DNA of 62,168 nt, counting the filler. It is 4 parts of 4 records of this genome, joined end to end, with 100 filler letters (N's around TTAATTAATTAA, not from the genome) between each part and the next. Parts side by side here need not be neighbours in the genome. Positions count along the whole stretch, not along the records: positions 43,615 to 62,168 come from SRR20825006_77; 3 more parts are not named here. One strand, given 5' to 3'. The position numbers and the translations under genes are program-made. This document shows, piece after piece, positions 59,263 through 62,168 of the stretch (position 1 is its first letter; every line of letters begins with the position of its first letter). The notes under the pieces are model-generated. The model saw nothing but the letters and a program-made list of their open reading frames with translations. It made no database searches and had not been told where the DNA came from.

Positions 59263-60195
59263 ATGTCCATTTCAGAGGCTTTCGCCGACCGGTTGAAACT
59301 GCCCGTCATTGCCGCACCGATGTTTCTGGCGTCAGGCCCGGACCTTGTGGTCGAGTGTTGCAGAGCGGGCGTTTGCGGCACGTTTCCGGCACTGAACCAG
59401 CGCACAAGCATGGGCTATGCAGCCTGGCTGGATGAGATCGAGACGCGCCTGGCCGAATGTGACACGGCAGCCCCCTTCGGCATCAACCTGATCGTTCACA
59501 AGACAAACACCCGCCTGGCGGCAGATCTGGAGCTGACGGTTGCGCACCAGGTTCCGCTGGTTATCACATCACTCGGGGCGGTGAAGGATGTGGTTGATGC
59601 CGTTCATTCCTATGGGGGGCTGGTTTTCCACGACGTTACCACCCGTCGCCATGCGGAAAAGGCAATCGAGGCGGGCGCAGATGGCATTATTGCCGTTTGC
59701 GCCGGCGCTGGCGGTCACGCCGGAACTTTAAGCCCGTTTGCACTGGTGAGTGAAATCCGGACGATCTTTGACGGGCCGGTGGTCTTATCCGGGGCGATTT
59801 CAACCGGTGCGCATATTGCTTCCGCCCGCGCTCTGGGAGCCGATTTTGCCTACCTCGGAACACGGTTTCTGGCGACACAGGAAGCGATGGTTTCCCAAGC
59901 TTATAAACAGATGGTCACCAGAGGCCGAGCCGCCGATATTCTTTACACGCCCTGCATATCAGGCGTACCGGCAAATTTTCTCAAACCCAGCATCCTCGCA
60001 GCCGGGCTAGATCCCGATAACCTTCCCGACCATGGCAAGATGGATCTGGGCTCGGAGGCCAAGGCCTGGAAAACCGTCTGGTCGGCAGGTCAGGGTGTCG
60101 GTTCTGTAGACGATATCCCCTCGGCTTCCGAACTCATTGCCCGGCTGGAGCGGGAATATCGCGAGACCTGCTGCAGGCTTGGCCGGGACCAGTAA
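59263..60195 (+). CDS. Nitronate monooxygenase/2-NPD-family flavoprotein
   Basis: LPVIAAPMFL, GINLIVH, AGAGGHAG, YLGTRF and WSAGQG motifs. Confidence 0.9.
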   Translation: MSISEAFADRLKLPVIAAPMFLASGPDLVVECCRAGVCGTFPALNQRTSMGYAAWLDEIETRLAECDTAAPFGINLIVHKTNTRLAADLELTVAHQVPLVITSLGAVKDVVDAVHSYGGLVFHDVTTRRHAEKAIEAGADGIIAVCAGAGGHAGTLSPFALVSEIRTIFDGPVVLSGAISTGAHIASARALGADFAYLGTRFLATQEAMVSQAYKQMVTRGRAADILYTPCISGVPANFLKPSILAAGLDPDNLPDHGKMDLGSEAKAWKTVWSAGQGVGSVDDIPSASELIARLEREYRETCCRLGRDQ

Positions 60196-60267
60196 AAACC
60201 GTCATACGGGCGGCAGACACCAAATCCGGCGATGGAAACCGCTGTGATCCCTGAAGGGCGACAAGCT

Positions 60268-60828
60268 TCACAGCTTTACTTCAGCCGCCATTTCAGCCAC
60301 GCCGGTTGTCAGCAACGAAAGCGCGAAAGGCGCAAAGGAGTGCCACATATCCATGGAAAAATGATCTGGCGCGTCACGGCGAATGACGACGGAAACACCA
60401 TCAAACACAGTGCGTCTTCCTTCACCGTCCGCGATCGTTTCAGGATCACGCGGGCAGCCAAGTGTCAGAAGTTCGCCAGCCTTTTCGCCTGTAATTTCCA
60501 CCGTGATCTCACGACCGGAAATATCCACGAGGCTGTGTGGATGATCGCCATAAATGGCCGCACAGACGGAAAGAACCGAGACTGCATCATCTTCTATCGT
60601 CAGTAGCAGCCACTCATCCGGGCCAAGGCAAAGCGCCTCGCATGTTTCAGATCGGCTGCGTTTCCCGATCTGTTCCGGCAAATGAAGCCCGAGCGCTTCC
60701 CCCAGAGGTGCGATGGCCGTTGCCCGTGCACGCAGGTTCAGGCGTGCGCAAGGTTCAGTGATGGAAATCTGCACCAGATTATTTCCGGCGACCGTTCCGG
60801 GTGTGATTTCAGACGGTATGGCGTTCAT
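60268..60828 (-). CDS. soxG: Sarcosine oxidase gamma subunit
   Basis: RLNLR, LCLGPDEWL, LVDIS and LLTLGCPRD motifs; follows soxA. Start ATG 60828. Confidence 0.88.
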   Translation of the reverse strand: MNAIPSEITPGTVAGNNLVQISITEPCARLNLRARATAIAPLGEALGLHLPEQIGKRSRSETCEALCLGPDEWLLLTIEDDAVSVLSVCAAIYGDHPHSLVDISGREITVEITGEKAGELLTLGCPRDPETIADGEGRRTVFDGVSVVIRRDAPDHFSMDMWHSFAPFALSLLTTGVAEMAAEVKL

Positions 60829-60829
60829 G

Positions 60830-62168
60830 TCAGCCTCCGATCGCGATTTTGAGACGGGTGTTGTCCGGATCGTAGAACACCGTTGCGGTGATCTTTGCCG
60901 CAATGGTGCGATCCGGCATCGGAATGTGAACGATCTCACCCATACGCTCATGACCACCTTCGACCAAAGCCAGCGCAATCGGCCGACCGGCGGCATCGGA
61001 GTGATAGGATGAGGTCACATGACCGGCCATTTTCATTGGAACCGGCTGGCTGGGATCAAAGACGATCTGCGCCCCTTCTTCCAGCTTCGAGTAATCCTCG
61101 GTCAAAAGCCCGACAAGCTGCTTGCGGTTTTTTGCCACAAGGTCCGGGCGTGCGAGGCCGCGCATCCCCACAAAATCGGTTTTTTTCTTGGGAACGGCCC
61201 AGCCTTGCCCGGCATCGTAAGGCGTCACCGTACCATCGGTATCCTGTCCAACGATAATGAACCCCTTTTCCGCGCGCAGCACATGCATTGTTTCTGTGCC
61301 GTAGGGCAAGATGTCGTATTTTTCGCCCTCGCGGATCAGAATGTCCCAAAGTTTTCGTCCCATCGGTGTCGGCACATTCACCTCGAAGCCGACTTCACCT
61401 GTAAATGAGACCCGGAAAAGACGTGCAGGCATACCGGCGACTGTGCATTCGATGCAGGACATGTGCGGGAAGCTTTCGTCGCTTAATTCCACGCCTTCAA
61501 CCAATGGCGCTAGCAGGCGCCCGGCATTGGGGCCGTTCAACGCAACCGTTGCCCACTGCTCCGTGGTGGAGGTCAGCCAGACATTGAGGTCCGTCCACTC
61601 GGTCTGGAGATAATCCTCCATCATATTGAGAACACGCGCCGCGCCACCGGTGGTGGTGGTCACATGAAAGCGGTCTTCGCTGATACGACCGATCACACCG
61701 TCATCACGAATATAGCCATCATCGCCCAAAAGAAGGCCGTAGCGGCAGCGTCCGGGCTGAAGCTTGCTCCATGGATTGGTGTACATGCGATTCATGAATT
61801 CCACCGCATCCGGGCCAACGACTTCGATCTTGCCAAGCGTTGAGGCGTCGAAAATGCCAAGGCTTTTACGCACGGCCCGGCATTCCCGACTGACAGCCGC
61901 GTCCATGTCCTCACCGTTTTTCGGGAAGTATCGCGCCCGCCGCCACTGGCCGACAGGCTCGAACACAGCACCGTTGGCTTCGGCCCAGCCATCGATACCG
62001 GTTTTGCGGATGACCTCGAAATGGGTGCCGCGATGATATCCGGCGAAGGCACCGAAGGTCGTTGGCGTGTAAGGCGGACGGAAGGTGGTCAACCCCACCA
62101 CCGGCGGGCGCTTGCCAAGCGCGTCGGCGGCGATATTGAGGCCGTTGATGTTGGACATCTTGCCCTGA
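60830..62168 (-). CDS. soxA: Sarcosine oxidase alpha subunit, C-terminal part (runs off the window)
   Basis: QGKMSNING, TTFRPPYTP, DASTLGKIEV, TTTGGAA and LRAEKGFIIVGQDTDG (GcvT-like domain). Confidence 0.93.
   Translation of the reverse strand, partial: QGKMSNINGLNIAADALGKRPPVVGLTTFRPPYTPTTFGAFAGYHRGTHFEVIRKTGIDGWAEANGAVFEPVGQWRRARYFPKNGEDMDAAVSRECRAVRKSLGIFDASTLGKIEVVGPDAVEFMNRMYTNPWSKLQPGRCRYGLLLGDDGYIRDDGVIGRISEDRFHVTTTTGGAARVLNMMEDYLQTEWTDLNVWLTSTTEQWATVALNGPNAGRLLAPLVEGVELSDESFPHMSCIECTVAGMPARLFRVSFTGEVGFEVNVPTPMGRKLWDILIREGEKYDILPYGTETMHVLRAEKGFIIVGQDTDGTVTPYDAGQGWAVPKKKTDFVGMRGLARPDLVAKNRKQLVGLLTEDYSKLEEGAQIVFDPSQPVPMKMAGHVTSSYHSDAAGRPIALALVEGGHERMGEIVHIPMPDRTIAAKITATVFYDPDNTRLKIAIGG

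Noticed and set aside
43615..62168. GC-rich block as a horizontally acquired island in a flavobacterium
   Set aside because: It begins exactly at an artificial spacer and has no mobility genes, so it is a separate contig.
1..62168. CRISPR array, rRNA, tRNA or a recognisable anti-phage system
   Set aside because: No regularly spaced repeats, structural RNA signatures, cas, restriction-modification, retron or CBASS-type genes were recognised. The only reverse-transcriptase-related trace is the dead intron tail.

Overview
The window is not one locus. It is four unrelated contigs joined by artificial N44-TTAATTAATTAA-N44 spacers (18077-18176, 32080-32179, 43515-43614). Contig A (1-18076) is AT-rich Flavobacteriaceae-type housekeeping DNA: asparaginase, TatD, a TPR histidine kinase with a NarL-type regulator, sucAB, a polyprenyl synthase and a TetR-TolC-RND efflux operon. 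Contig B (18177-32079) is one end of a Bacteroidetes integrative element: tyrosine integrase, then cargo of five SDR oxidoreductases, three AraC regulators, a Crp-like regulator, a SnoaL+Atu4866 fusion and a lipoprotein esterase, then rteC and the start of an excisionase-like HTH gene. Two relics in this cargo are missed by the ORF track: the 3' end of a class D-like group II intron and a stop-riddled paralogous copy of an SDR gene tail. Contig C (32180-43514) is again flavobacterial: lysS 3' end with a winged-helix-like tail, a secreted phage-tail-fibre-like HxH protein, a zinc metalloprotease, a T9SS-tagged PhoD, a lone HD protein, murF, gldJ and the porU 5' end. Contig D (43615-62168) is GC-rich Alphaproteobacteria-like DNA: a sugar ABC transporter with LacI, a fatty-acid uptake and beta-oxidation cluster with MerR/LiuR-type operators, and sarcosine oxidase soxG/soxA. 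I cannot demonstrate a wholly new system. The best candidates for follow-up are the orphan tail-fibre-like secreted protein, the redox cargo of the integrative element and the intron relic. All calls come from motif recognition by eye; no searches were run.
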